64,000 nucleotides of DNA from Deltaproteobacteria bacterium (GCA_034670305.1 JAXMNT010000013.1:64001-128000); one strand, 5' to 3'. Numbered from the stretch's first letter, positions 12,274 to 21,233 are shown. Program-made: numbers and translations. Notes: generated by a model from the letters alone, not told the origin.

Positions 12274-13340
12274 TGGAAGAAGCGATCACCATCGCGCTCT
12301 TCGCGCTCCTGCTCGTCATGGCGATGGTGATCGGCCGCGAACGCAACCTGTTCAGCGCCGCCATGCTCACCGGCATCTTCTCGCTCATCTCCGCAGGGCT
12401 CTTCACCGCGCTCGATGCGGTCGACGTGGCATTCACGGAAGCCGCCGTGGGCGCAGGCATCTCGACTGTGCTCATCCTCGCCACGCTGGCGTTGACCGAC
12501 CACCACGAAGCCCACGACCGCCTCCATCCCTCGAAGGTGAACTGGAAAGCCGTGGGCGTGGTGACGCTGACCGGGGTCGCCTTGCTCTACGGCACCGTGG
12601 ACATGCCAGCGTTCGGCGTCGCGGACGCGCCGATCCACGAAGGCGTCGCAAAACACTACATCGACCATTCCTTCGAAGAGATTGGGATCCCAAACGTCGT
12701 CACCGCCGTACTCGCGAGCTACCGCGGCTACGACACCTTCGGCGAGCTCGGGGTCATCTTCGTCGCAGGACTCGGGGTCGCCCTCTTGCTGGGTGCCGGC
12801 GCACCTTCGATCACGAGCGAACACCCGCACCTGCCGCAAAAATCCCGCGCGCCCTACGTCCGTGAGATGCCCGTGGTGCGCGTCGTGACCAAGGCGCTCC
12901 TCCCGTTCATCTTGCTCTTCGCGCTCTACGTACAAGCCCACGGAGACTTCGGTCCGGGCGGCGGCTTTCAAGCCGGTGTGATCTTCGCGGCGGGGCTCGT
13001 GCTCTACGGACTCGTCTGGGGACCCACCGCGCTCGAGCGCTTCGCGCGACACCGCATCGTAGAACGCGCGACCGCGATCGGACTGCTCCTCTACGGGGGC
13101 GTCGGCGTCGCGACCATGGCGGTGGGCGGCAACTTTCTCGAGTACGGCGTGCTCACACCCGAGCATCCGCAGCACGGACAGCACTACGGCATCTTCCTGG
13201 TCGAGCTCGGCGTCGGCATCACCGTCAGCGCCGTGATGCTCGTCATCTACTACGTGTTCGCCGCGCGCAACGTCTCGCCGACCAGGAGTTCGGCGCCGGT
13301 CACGCTGCCCCCACCGCCCATGTCGGAGGACGCGTCGTGA
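12270..13340 (+). CDS. mrpB: Na+/H+ antiporter subunit B (DUF4040 + MnhB domain fusion)
   Basis: DVAFTEAAVGAG, NVVTAVLASYRGYDTFGE, HGDFGPGGGFQAG. Confidence 0.9.
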   Translation: MMEEAITIALFALLLVMAMVIGRERNLFSAAMLTGIFSLISAGLFTALDAVDVAFTEAAVGAGISTVLILATLALTDHHEAHDRLHPSKVNWKAVGVVTLTGVALLYGTVDMPAFGVADAPIHEGVAKHYIDHSFEEIGIPNVVTAVLASYRGYDTFGELGVIFVAGLGVALLLGAGAPSITSEHPHLPQKSRAPYVREMPVVRVVTKALLPFILLFALYVQAHGDFGPGGGFQAGVIFAAGLVLYGLVWGPTALERFARHRIVERATAIGLLLYGGVGVATMAVGGNFLEYGVLTPEHPQHGQHYGIFLVELGVGITVSAVMLVIYYVFAARNVSPTRSSAPVTLPPPPMSEDAS

Positions 13341-13762
13341 TCGCGAACCTCTGGCACTACGGCCTGGTCGTGGTCCTCATGATGACGGGGCTCTACATCG
13401 TCATCGCGAAGCGCAACTACGTGAAGAAGATGATGGGGCTCGCCATCTTCCAGACCTCCGTGATCATGCTCTACGTCACGATGGGCAAGGTGACGGGCGG
13501 CACGCCGCCGATCTTCGTGCAGAACGACGACGGCACGCTGACCGAAGGCATCGTGTACTCGAACCCGCTGCCGATGGTGCTCATGCTGACCGCGATCGTG
13601 GTCGGTGTGGCGACCATGGCCGTCGGGCTGGCGCTCGTCGTGCGCATCAAAGAGGCCTACGGCACCGTCGAAGACGATCTCGTCACCGAGCTCAACCGCG
13701 AGGACGAAGCACGGCGCCACCTGTCCGCCGCGGCGCAGCCGATCAAGGAGTCCAAGTCGTGA
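13337..13762 (+). CDS. mrpC: Na+/H+ antiporter subunit C
   Basis: NYVKKMMGL, NPLPMVLMLTAIVVG. Confidence 0.92.
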   Translation: MIANLWHYGLVVVLMMTGLYIVIAKRNYVKKMMGLAIFQTSVIMLYVTMGKVTGGTPPIFVQNDDGTLTEGIVYSNPLPMVLMLTAIVVGVATMAVGLALVVRIKEAYGTVEDDLVTELNREDEARRHLSAAAQPIKESKS

Positions 13763-15276
13763 CCCTCGATCAGCTGCCGGTCCTCGTCATCTTGATCCCG
13801 CTGCTCACCGCGCCGCTCATCGTCCTCATCCGGACGCCGGCGGTGGTGCGCCTGATGGCCATCGCGGCCGCCGCCGCCAGCGCGTTCTGCGCGGCGATGT
13901 TGGTGGCGCGCGTCGGAGAGCCGATCTCCTACCACATGGGCGGCTGGACCCCGGGCATCGGCATCGAGCTCCGGGCGACCAAAGCGAGTGCCTTCGTGCT
14001 CGCGCTCGTGACCGGCATCGCGACCGTCGCGCTCCTGCTCGGCACCCGCGGCACCCGGCTGGACGTTCGCGGCACCTCGGATCGATCGGACGCCACCGGC
14101 GGACAACGAAGCCGCGAGCACCTCTACTACGCGGCGTTCCTCACCTGTCTGGTCGGCCTCTGCGGCATGGTCATCACCGGCGACGCGTTCAACGTCTTCG
14201 TCTTCCTCGAGATCTCGAGCCTCTCGACCTACGCGCTCGTCGCGATGGGTCCTCGCCGCCGCGCGTTCAGCGCCGCGTTCAACTACCTGGTGCTCGGCAC
14301 GATCGGCGGCACCTTCGTGCTCATCGGCATCGGCCTGCTCTACCAGATGACCGGCACGCTCAACGGCCCGGCGATCTCCGCCCGCATCCAGGAGATCGGA
14401 GACCCGCGCACGCTTCATGTCGCATTCGGATTCTTGTTCGTCGGGTTCGCGATCAAACTCGCGGTGTTCCCGCTCCACCAGTGGCTGCCCAACGCCTACG
14501 CCGAATCGCCTTCGGCGGTGAGCTCGTTCCTCGCGGGCACCGCCACCAAGGTGATCTACTTCCAACTGATCCGGATGTGTCTGGTGGTCTTCGGGGCGGA
14601 CTACGTCTTCGGCACGCTGCACTTCGGGTCCATTCTTGGACCACTGAGTCTGCTGGGCATGTTCGCCGGCTCGCTCGCGGCCATCTACCAGCTGAGCCTC
14701 AAGCGGCTCCTCGCGTACTCGTCGATCGGGCAGGTCGGCTACCTGACGCTCGCACTCTCGCTCGGCACCGAAGACGGGCTCTACGCGGGTCTGCTTCACC
14801 TGGGCGCGCACGGCGTCACCAAGACCGGCTTGTTCCTGCTCGCGAGCGTGATCATCGCGCACGTCGGCACCGACCGGCTCGCGTCGTTGAACGGCCTCGG
14901 CAAACGTATGCCGCTCGTCGCATTCCTGTTCGTCGTCGGCGGCATCGGACTCATCGGGGTCCCGGGCACCGCGGGGTTCGTGAGCAAGTGGGCGCTCCTG
15001 CAAGCCGCGCTGGCTGGCGACCATCTGTTCCTTGCGGGCGCCATCCTCGTCAGCTCGCTGCTCGCGGTGATGTACGTGTGGCGCGTCGTGGAGGTCATGT
15101 ACTTCCGTGAGCCGCCCGAGCGTGCCCCGCTCCGACCCGGCTACGATTGGGGCGCGCTCGCGCCTGCGGGTTTGTTGCTCGGTCTCTCCATCGCGGTCGG
15201 CCTCTACAGCGAACCGATCTGCGTCTACATGCGCAGCGCCGCCGCCCAGCTCTTCGCCGGCGGAGGTGCGCCGTGA
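13759..15276 (+). CDS. mrpD: Na+/H+ antiporter subunit D family
   Basis: GDAFNVFVFLEISS, KLAVFPLHQWLPNAY, KRLLAYSSI, GFVSKW. Confidence 0.9.
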   Translation: MTLDQLPVLVILIPLLTAPLIVLIRTPAVVRLMAIAAAAASAFCAAMLVARVGEPISYHMGGWTPGIGIELRATKASAFVLALVTGIATVALLLGTRGTRLDVRGTSDRSDATGGQRSREHLYYAAFLTCLVGLCGMVITGDAFNVFVFLEISSLSTYALVAMGPRRRAFSAAFNYLVLGTIGGTFVLIGIGLLYQMTGTLNGPAISARIQEIGDPRTLHVAFGFLFVGFAIKLAVFPLHQWLPNAYAESPSAVSSFLAGTATKVIYFQLIRMCLVVFGADYVFGTLHFGSILGPLSLLGMFAGSLAAIYQLSLKRLLAYSSIGQVGYLTLALSLGTEDGLYAGLLHLGAHGVTKTGLFLLASVIIAHVGTDRLASLNGLGKRMPLVAFLFVVGGIGLIGVPGTAGFVSKWALLQAALAGDHLFLAGAILVSSLLAVMYVWRVVEVMYFREPPERAPLRPGYDWGALAPAGLLLGLSIAVGLYSEPICVYMRSAAAQLFAGGGAP

Positions 15277-16841
15277 GCCCCGAGATGCTCATCGGCGCCG
15301 CGCTCGCCCTTCCGCTTCTGGCGGCGCTCCTCGTCGTGGTTTTCCGGAACCAACCGAACCTGCGCGAGGCCTCGACCGGTGTGATCGGGGTCGCGACGCT
15401 GATGTGCGTCGTCGCGCTCTGGCCACTCGTGACGTCGGGCGCTGCGCCGACGCTGGTGCTGGTCGACGAGCTGCTTCCCGGCGTGCCGCTCGCGTTCGAG
15501 GTGGAACCGCTCGGACTGCTCTACGCGCTCGTCGCCGCCGGCCTGTGGCCCATCACCGGCATGTACGCGGCCGGCTACATGCGCGGGCACCACGAGAAGC
15601 ACCAGACCCGCTTCTTCGTGTGTTTCGCGCTCGCGATCTTCGCCGCGCTCGGCATCGCCTTCGCCGAGAACCTCGGCACCTTCTTCCTCTTCTACGAGGT
15701 GCTCACGCTCAGTACCTACCCGCTCGTCACCCACCACCAGACGGCGGAAGCTCGGCGCGCAGGCCGCGTGTACCTGGGCATCCTGATCGGCACCTCGATC
15801 TGCTTCTTGCTCCTGGCCATCGCGTGGACCGGACACATGGCGGGCACCCTCGAGTTCCGCGCCGGTGGCATCCTACAGGGGCACATCGCCGAGGCGAGCG
15901 TGCCGCTTCTGCTCGCGCTCTTCGCGTACGGCTGCGGCAAAGCCGCGCTGATGCCGCTGCACCGCTGGCTGCCGAACGCGATGGTCGCGCCGACCCCGGT
16001 CAGCGCGCTTCTGCACGCCGTCGCGGTCGTCAAAGCGGGCGTCTTCGGGATCCTCAAGATCGTCGTCTACGTGTTCGGGCTCGACTTGCTGACCTCCACC
16101 GAGGGTTCGGTGTGGCTGATGTGGGTGGCCTCCTTCACGATCGTGATGGGCTCGCTCGTCGCCTTCACGAAAGACAACCTCAAGGCGCGGCTCGCGTACT
16201 CCACCATCGCCCAGCTCGCCTACATCGTGCTCGGCGCCGCGCTCGCGACGCCGGATGGCATCGTCGGGGGCGGGCTGCACATCGCCACCCACGCGGTCGG
16301 CAAGATCACCCTCTTCTTCTGCGCCGGCGCGATCCTGGTCGGCGCGCACAAGAAGAACATCAGCGACATGGACGGCCTCGGACGAACGATGCCGTTCACC
16401 ATGGGCGCGTTCTTGATCGGCAGCCTCTCGATCATCGGGCTTCCGCCGATGGGTGGCAGCTGGAGCAAGTGGTTCCTCGCGCTCGGCGCCGCCGACGAAC
16501 ACGCGATCTTCATCGCGATCCTGATGCTCAGCTCCCTCCTCAACATCGGGTACCTGATTCCGATCCCGGTGCGCGGCTTCTTCTTCGCGCCCAAGCCGAG
16601 CCACGGCCACGAGGACGAGCACGGGGACGACCCACACGACGCCCACCGTGAAGTCGCGGCCGACCCCGTCGGTCCCTCCCAGTGGCGGCCCGCGCGCTGG
16701 CCCACCCTGCGGGAAGCCCCGCTGCTCTGCGTGATTCCGCTCTGCGTCACCGCCGCAGGCTGCGTGGCCCTGTTCTTCTTTGCGCGGCAGTTCGTGGATC
16801 TGCTCCGCCCGATCGTCGGCGCTTTGGGAGGTCCGGGATGA
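15273..16841 (+). CDS. Second MrpD/MrpA-like proton-conducting subunit
   Basis: FYEVLTLSTYPLVTH, KAALMPLHRWLPNAM, KARLAYSTI, HAVGKITLF. Confidence 0.88.
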   Translation: MSPEMLIGAALALPLLAALLVVVFRNQPNLREASTGVIGVATLMCVVALWPLVTSGAAPTLVLVDELLPGVPLAFEVEPLGLLYALVAAGLWPITGMYAAGYMRGHHEKHQTRFFVCFALAIFAALGIAFAENLGTFFLFYEVLTLSTYPLVTHHQTAEARRAGRVYLGILIGTSICFLLLAIAWTGHMAGTLEFRAGGILQGHIAEASVPLLLALFAYGCGKAALMPLHRWLPNAMVAPTPVSALLHAVAVVKAGVFGILKIVVYVFGLDLLTSTEGSVWLMWVASFTIVMGSLVAFTKDNLKARLAYSTIAQLAYIVLGAALATPDGIVGGGLHIATHAVGKITLFFCAGAILVGAHKKNISDMDGLGRTMPFTMGAFLIGSLSIIGLPPMGGSWSKWFLALGAADEHAIFIAILMLSSLLNIGYLIPIPVRGFFFAPKPSHGHEDEHGDDPHDAHREVAADPVGPSQWRPARWPTLREAPLLCVIPLCVTAAGCVALFFFARQFVDLLRPIVGALGGPG

Positions 16842-17269
16842 ACTCCGATCGCACACCGCTCCCGCCCTCGTGGTTCGAGAAGAACGTCGGCGGCATCGTC
16901 CGCGGCCTCGTGGTGGTCTGCGTGCTGCTGCTCGTGGCCGACCTGGTGTTTCACTTCGTCGGGCACAAACACGTGCACTTCGACTGGGAAGCCTGGCCGG
17001 GCCTCTACGCCGCGGCCGGATTCGTCAGCTACGTCGGCCTCGTCCTCACCGCCAAGCAGCTCCGCAAGCTGCTCATGCGGCCGGAGGCCTACTACGGCGA
17101 AGCGCCCCTGCGCCCGCTCGGACACCCGGCCGGCCCGGACGCAGATCCGGACGGCGACACCCGTGCCATGGGCGAGGGCGACCAGGACGAGCGCGACCAG
17201 GATGCGGGCGACCAGGATGAACACCACCGCGACGCCGTAGGTGCAGCCGGGACGGAGGAAGAAGAATGA
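16838..17269 (+). CDS. Small membrane protein inside the mrp operon
   Basis: Two hydrophobic segments, LRKLLMRPEAYY, acidic tail; ATGA overlaps on both sides. Confidence 0.8.
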   Translation: MNSDRTPLPPSWFEKNVGGIVRGLVVVCVLLLVADLVFHFVGHKHVHFDWEAWPGLYAAAGFVSYVGLVLTAKQLRKLLMRPEAYYGEAPLRPLGHPAGPDADPDGDTRAMGEGDQDERDQDAGDQDEHHRDAVGAAGTEEEE

Positions 17270-19032
17270 ACTTCTTCCTCGATCTGCTCGAGACGATGTT
17301 CCCGGGCGAGCTGATGCTGCTTGGCGCGCTGCTCGTCCCCTTCCTCAAGGGCAAGCTGCGCCTCGGCTACGTGGTGCTGCTGCCGATCTTGAGCCTGCTG
17401 CATCTGCTCACCCTCGACGTCGGCTACGAAGCGGGCGCCACCCTGCTCGGCTACCCGCTCGAGGTGGTCCGGGTCGATGCGCTCAGCCGCATCTTCGGCA
17501 TCGTCTTCCACATCGCCGCCATCCTCTGCTGCATCTATGCGCTGCATGTGAAGGGCTGGGTGGAGCACGTCTCCACGCTTGTCTACGCGGGCGCCGCGAT
17601 CGCCGCGACCTTTGCCGGCGATCTGATCACGCTCTTCATCTTCTGGGAGCTCACCGCGCTCAGCTCCGTCTTCCTCATCTGGCAGCGCGGCGTCGTACAA
17701 CCGAGCCACCGCGAGCGCAGCTACCGCGCGGGCATGCGCTACCTGATCATCTCCGTCGCCTCGGGTGTGCTGCTGCTCGGCGGCGCGCTCCTCCACTACC
17801 AGGACACGGGCTCGCTGCACTTCGGGCTGATGGGCCTCGACGCCTCGCGCGGCGCCATCTTCATCTTCCTCGCGTTCGGCATGAAGGCGGCGTTCCCGCT
17901 GATGCACAACTGGGTGCAGGACGCCTACCCGGAAGCAACCGTCAGCGGCACCGTGGTGCTCGCGTCGTTCACGACGAAACTCGCCATCTACGCGCTGGCC
18001 CGCGGCTTCGCCGGCACCGAGCTGCTCATCCCGATCGGCGCGGCCATGACCGCGTTCCCGATCTTCTTCGCCGTCATCGAGAACGACATGCGGCGGGTGC
18101 TCGCGTACTCGCTGAACAACCAGCTCGGCTTCATGGTGGTCGGCATCGGCATCGGCACCGAGCTCGCCATCAACGGCGCCGCCGCCCACGCGTTCGCCCA
18201 CATCCTCTACAAGGGCCTCCTGCTGATGAGCATGGGCGCGGTGCTCTACCGCACCGGCACCATCAAGGCCTCCGAGCTCGGCGGACTGCACAAGTCGATG
18301 CCGATGACGACCGTGTTCTGCATCATCGGCGCCCTGGCCATCAGCGCGTTCCCCGGCCTCAGTGGCTTCGTGACCAAGTCGATGGTGATCAGCGCCGTCG
18401 GCGAGGCCCACCTGACCATCGTCTTCGGCGTGCTGCTCTTCGCGTCCGCCGGCGTCTGCGACCACTCCGGCATCAAGATCCCGTTCTTCACCTTCTTCGC
18501 GCACGACCAAGGCTGGCGGGTGAAAGAAGCGCCGAAGCACATGCTGATCGCCATGGGCCTCGCCGCCTTCCTCTGCATCGGCATCGGCGTCGCCCCGAGC
18601 TTCCTCTACGCGCTGCTCCCCTACCCCGAGCTCGCCGCCCAGTACCACGCCTACGAAGCCACCCACGTGCTCACGATGCTCGAGCTGCTCCTCTTCGCCG
18701 GCCTCGCGTTCGTCGCGCTGATGAAGATGGGCGTCTACCCACCCGAGCTGCCGGCCCTGAACCTCGACTTCGACTGGTTCTACCGCAAGGGCGCGCCACC
18801 GGTGGTGCGCGAAGTCTACGGCCTCGCCGGCTACGCCCGCGAACGCCTGTGGACCGCGACCCTCGGCGCCCGCGAGGCGGTGCGGGACATCGCCAAAACC
18901 CACCACGAACCGCCGGGCGGACGCATGGGCGAACCGTGGAGCGCGAGCGCGACGACCCTGTGGGCCGCGCTGATTCTGGGGATCATGCTGCTGCTCCAGT
19001 ACGGATGCAGTCCAGCGGCTGGACTGCAATAA
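17266..19032 (+). CDS. Third MrpD-like Na+/H+ antiporter subunit
   Basis: GDLITLFIFWEL, KAAFPLMHNWVQDAYPE, RRVLAYSL, HAFAHILYKGLL, LDFDWFYRK. Confidence 0.88.
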   Translation: MNFFLDLLETMFPGELMLLGALLVPFLKGKLRLGYVVLLPILSLLHLLTLDVGYEAGATLLGYPLEVVRVDALSRIFGIVFHIAAILCCIYALHVKGWVEHVSTLVYAGAAIAATFAGDLITLFIFWELTALSSVFLIWQRGVVQPSHRERSYRAGMRYLIISVASGVLLLGGALLHYQDTGSLHFGLMGLDASRGAIFIFLAFGMKAAFPLMHNWVQDAYPEATVSGTVVLASFTTKLAIYALARGFAGTELLIPIGAAMTAFPIFFAVIENDMRRVLAYSLNNQLGFMVVGIGIGTELAINGAAAHAFAHILYKGLLLMSMGAVLYRTGTIKASELGGLHKSMPMTTVFCIIGALAISAFPGLSGFVTKSMVISAVGEAHLTIVFGVLLFASAGVCDHSGIKIPFFTFFAHDQGWRVKEAPKHMLIAMGLAAFLCIGIGVAPSFLYALLPYPELAAQYHAYEATHVLTMLELLLFAGLAFVALMKMGVYPPELPALNLDFDWFYRKGAPPVVREVYGLAGYARERLWTATLGAREAVRDIAKTHHEPPGGRMGEPWSASATTLWAALILGIMLLLQYGCSPAAGLQ

Positions 19033-19140
19033 GCGGCCTGGCGGCCGCGACGGCCGCAGGGCGGCCGAGACGCAGTCGAGCTCAAGCGCACGCGGAAGCA
19101 GAAGCCGAAGCGAGGCCGAAGCCGAAGCCGAGGCCGAAGC

Positions 19141-19167
19141 CGAGGCCCGCGACTGACGCGGGCCTCG
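19141..19167. terminator. GC-rich hairpin between the convergent mrp operon and four-helix-bundle gene
   Basis: CGAGGCCCGCG-ACTGA-CGCGGGCCTCG, perfect 11-bp stem; no U-tract. Confidence 0.5.
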
Positions 19168-19176
19168 CGGCCGACT

Positions 19177-19488
19177 CTACCGACTGAGCCGATACAGCAT
19201 CGCGCAGACCTCATCGCAGCGCTGCACCACCTCCTCGCCAACCTCGGCATACCCAAACAGCCGCACCAACCGAAGCGCCGCCTTCAACTCGCTGGCCTCA
19301 CCATACGCGATGGAGAATCGATCGACGCTCCGCTTGCCCCGCGCGTTCTGCGCTTCCGCGCAGTTCAGACAGACGGACTGCGCCGCCCGCCGCATCTGCT
19401 CACCCAGCGAACGGTCCTTGCGAGAAACAGCCGCCATCACCCCGCGCAACTCGCCAACGAGAACAAAAGAAGTTTCGAGAACAATCAT
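19177..19488 (-). CDS. Four-helix-bundle protein (23S rRNA IVP / Avd-like, TIGR02436-like)
   Basis: DRSLGEQMRRAAQSVCLNCAEA...RFSIAYGEASEL resembles the family pattern QxxRAxxSxxxNxAE...A.GxAxE; GGAGG RBS 5 nt before the ATG. Confidence 0.82.
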   Translation of the reverse strand: MIVLETSFVLVGELRGVMAAVSRKDRSLGEQMRRAAQSVCLNCAEAQNARGKRSVDRFSIAYGEASELKAALRLVRLFGYAEVGEEVVQRCDEVCAMLYRLSR

Positions 19489-19524
19489 CAGAGCCTCCAA
19501 CGCGCCACACACCAGAGCGACATT

Positions 19525-19750
19525 GCTCGGCGGCGCACCCCGTGCGCCCCCGGTGGAGAGCGCAGGGCGGGTCAAGGGCGAAGCCAGCCTTCCGAAGGCT
19601 GGGGCCGAAGGCACCCTTGACGCGACCGAGCACTCCGCCACGATGAAATTGCCGCCGAGCCAGAGCCCCACCCAGGCCACTCCAAGTCCGAAGGACGCAG
19701 GAGCCGACTTCCGAAGGAGAGGCTACAAACCGTGCGACTCCGAAGGAGAG
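19525..19750. other. Highly structured non-coding leader (nested helices plus several C-GAA-G hairpins)
   Basis: GCTCGGCGGC/GCCGCCGAGC, GTCAAGGG/CCCTTGAC, CCAGCCTT-CCG-AAGGCTGG, GCC-GAA-GGC, GTCC-GAA-GGAC, TCC-GAA-GGA, CTCC-GAA-GGAG. Confidence 0.7.
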
Positions 19751-19761
19751 CATGGGCTGGG

Positions 19762-19932
19762 AGCTGTTGCTGCCCCTGCCGCTGCCGCTGTCTCTGCCGC
19801 TGTCTCTGCCGCTGTCTCTGCCGCTGTCTCTGCAGCTGTCTCTGCCGCTGTCTCTGCGGCTGTCTCTGCCGGTGTCCCTGTCACTGCCGCTGCCGCTGCG
19901 ACTGCCACTGCGACTGCCACTGTCGCTGCCAC
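19762..19932. repeat. Tandem repeat (GCTGTCTCTGCC) x7 plus degenerate hexamers
   Basis: Seven 12-bp units at 19787-19870 read directly. Confidence 0.95.
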
Positions 19933-20204
19933 TCTCAGGAGGGCTCGCCCCGCCCGCCTACATCCCATGCGGAAACGACGGGTCGCCCACCACCAGCGAT
20001 ATGTACGCCGCCAAGTCGTCGCAGGAACCGAGTCGTGGTCGCCCGGACTCGATGTGGCGGGCCACGCGACGCAACCACGCTTCGCTGTTCTCCGGGATTC
20101 CGAACAGGGTCTGCTTCACGGTTGGCCCTGCCCGTGTAGATTCTCGACCACGCGGAAGTCTATCCCGGGAAGCCAGCCGCAGAAGAACCCGCGGCAGAAA
20201 CGGC

Positions 20205-20340
20205 GACAACTTCAGCGGCAGAAACAGAAACAGAAACAGCCGCAGTGGCAGCGACAGTGTCAGAAGCAGTGGCAGAAGCAGTGGCAGAAGCAGTGGCAGC
20301 CACAGCCGCAGAAACAGCTGCTGCACCCAGCGACAGCTAC
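20205..20340. repeat. Degenerate 6/12-bp satellite (CAGAAA, AGAAGCAGTGGC)
   Basis: cagaaacagaaacagaaacag...agaagcagtggc x3. Confidence 0.85.
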
Positions 20341-20891
20341 AACTCATCCTCTCCTTCGAATGCCTCCGGCTCCGGCTCCGGCACTTCCGGTTCCACCGCC
20401 GTCTCGAGCAGCGCCTTCACCTCGCCGAAGCGTTCGTTGGGCACCGTGATCGCGAGGTTGTACTGTACGATTTGCCAGCGGCCGTCCTGCCACCGGAGCA
20501 CGCCGCTGCCGCGCGCCGGACCGAGGCCCTCGGTGTCGAGATCTTCGTCGAACCAAGCGAGCGCGCCTTCGACGACGATGTCGCGCCGGGCAGGATGAAA
20601 CGTCCAGGCGCGGCCCCGTTCGAAGTGCGGGTGCGCGTAGGTTTGGAACGCGGTCTTGCTCCAACGCTCCGTCGCGTCGGTGCCGAGGAAGATCGAGTCC
20701 TCGCTCAGGTGGCCGAAGTAGCGGGCTTCGTCCGCGTGGGCGGCGGCGTCGTGCCAGTCGTCGAGGACGCGCGCGATGGCCGCGGACGCGTCGCCGGGTG
20801 GGGGCGCTGCTGCTGCGCCTGGCCCGACGCCCCCAGTGGCGGCACCGCAGGCGGCGAGGAGCGCGAAGACGAGGAGGCGGGGGGAGATCAT
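20337..20891 (-). CDS. SnoaL/NTF2-like lipoprotein
   Basis: LAAC lipobox; LDDWHDAAAHAD..YF, FLGTDATERW, WFDEDL, RGSGVL, W.IVQYNL. Confidence 0.88.
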   Translation of the reverse strand: MISPRLLVFALLAACGAATGGVGPGAAAAPPPGDASAAIARVLDDWHDAAAHADEARYFGHLSEDSIFLGTDATERWSKTAFQTYAHPHFERGRAWTFHPARRDIVVEGALAWFDEDLDTEGLGPARGSGVLRWQDGRWQIVQYNLAITVPNERFGEVKALLETAVEPEVPEPEPEAFEGEDEL

Positions 20892-20954
20892 GGAGCCGGG
20901 CTACGATCGGCTGGGGTGGGCCGCTACCCGATTCGAACGAGCCCGATGCGAGAG

Positions 20955-21230
20955 AGTCAGCGGCAGAAGCGACGGCCACAGAATCAGCGACAGCGGACAG
21001 AACCCGCAGCAGAGTCAGGATCAGCGGCAGCGACAGCAGCAGAATCAGCGGCAGCGACAGCCACAGAATCAGCGGCACGACAGCCACAGAATCAGCGGCA
21101 GCGGCAGTCACAGAATCAGCGGCAGTCACAGAATCAGCGGCAGTCACAGAATCAGCGGCAGCGACAGAGTCAGCGGCAGCGGCAGTCACAGAATCAGCTG
21201 CAGAGGCCAGCTGCAGAGGCCAGCGGCAGG
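20955..21230. repeat. Intergenic satellite with a CACAGAATCAGCGGCAG core (about 8 copies, 18/24-bp spacing)
   Basis: Repeated cagaatcagcgg cores read directly. Confidence 0.92.
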
Positions 21231-21233
21231 CGG

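Noticed and set aside
19177-19488. Diversity-generating retroelement or rRNA intervening sequence
   Set aside because: No reverse transcriptase, TR/VR pair or rRNA was seen in the window.
19762-21230. Possible CRISPR array
   Set aside because: Repeats are contiguous 6-24-bp units without unique spacers, and no cas gene was recognised.
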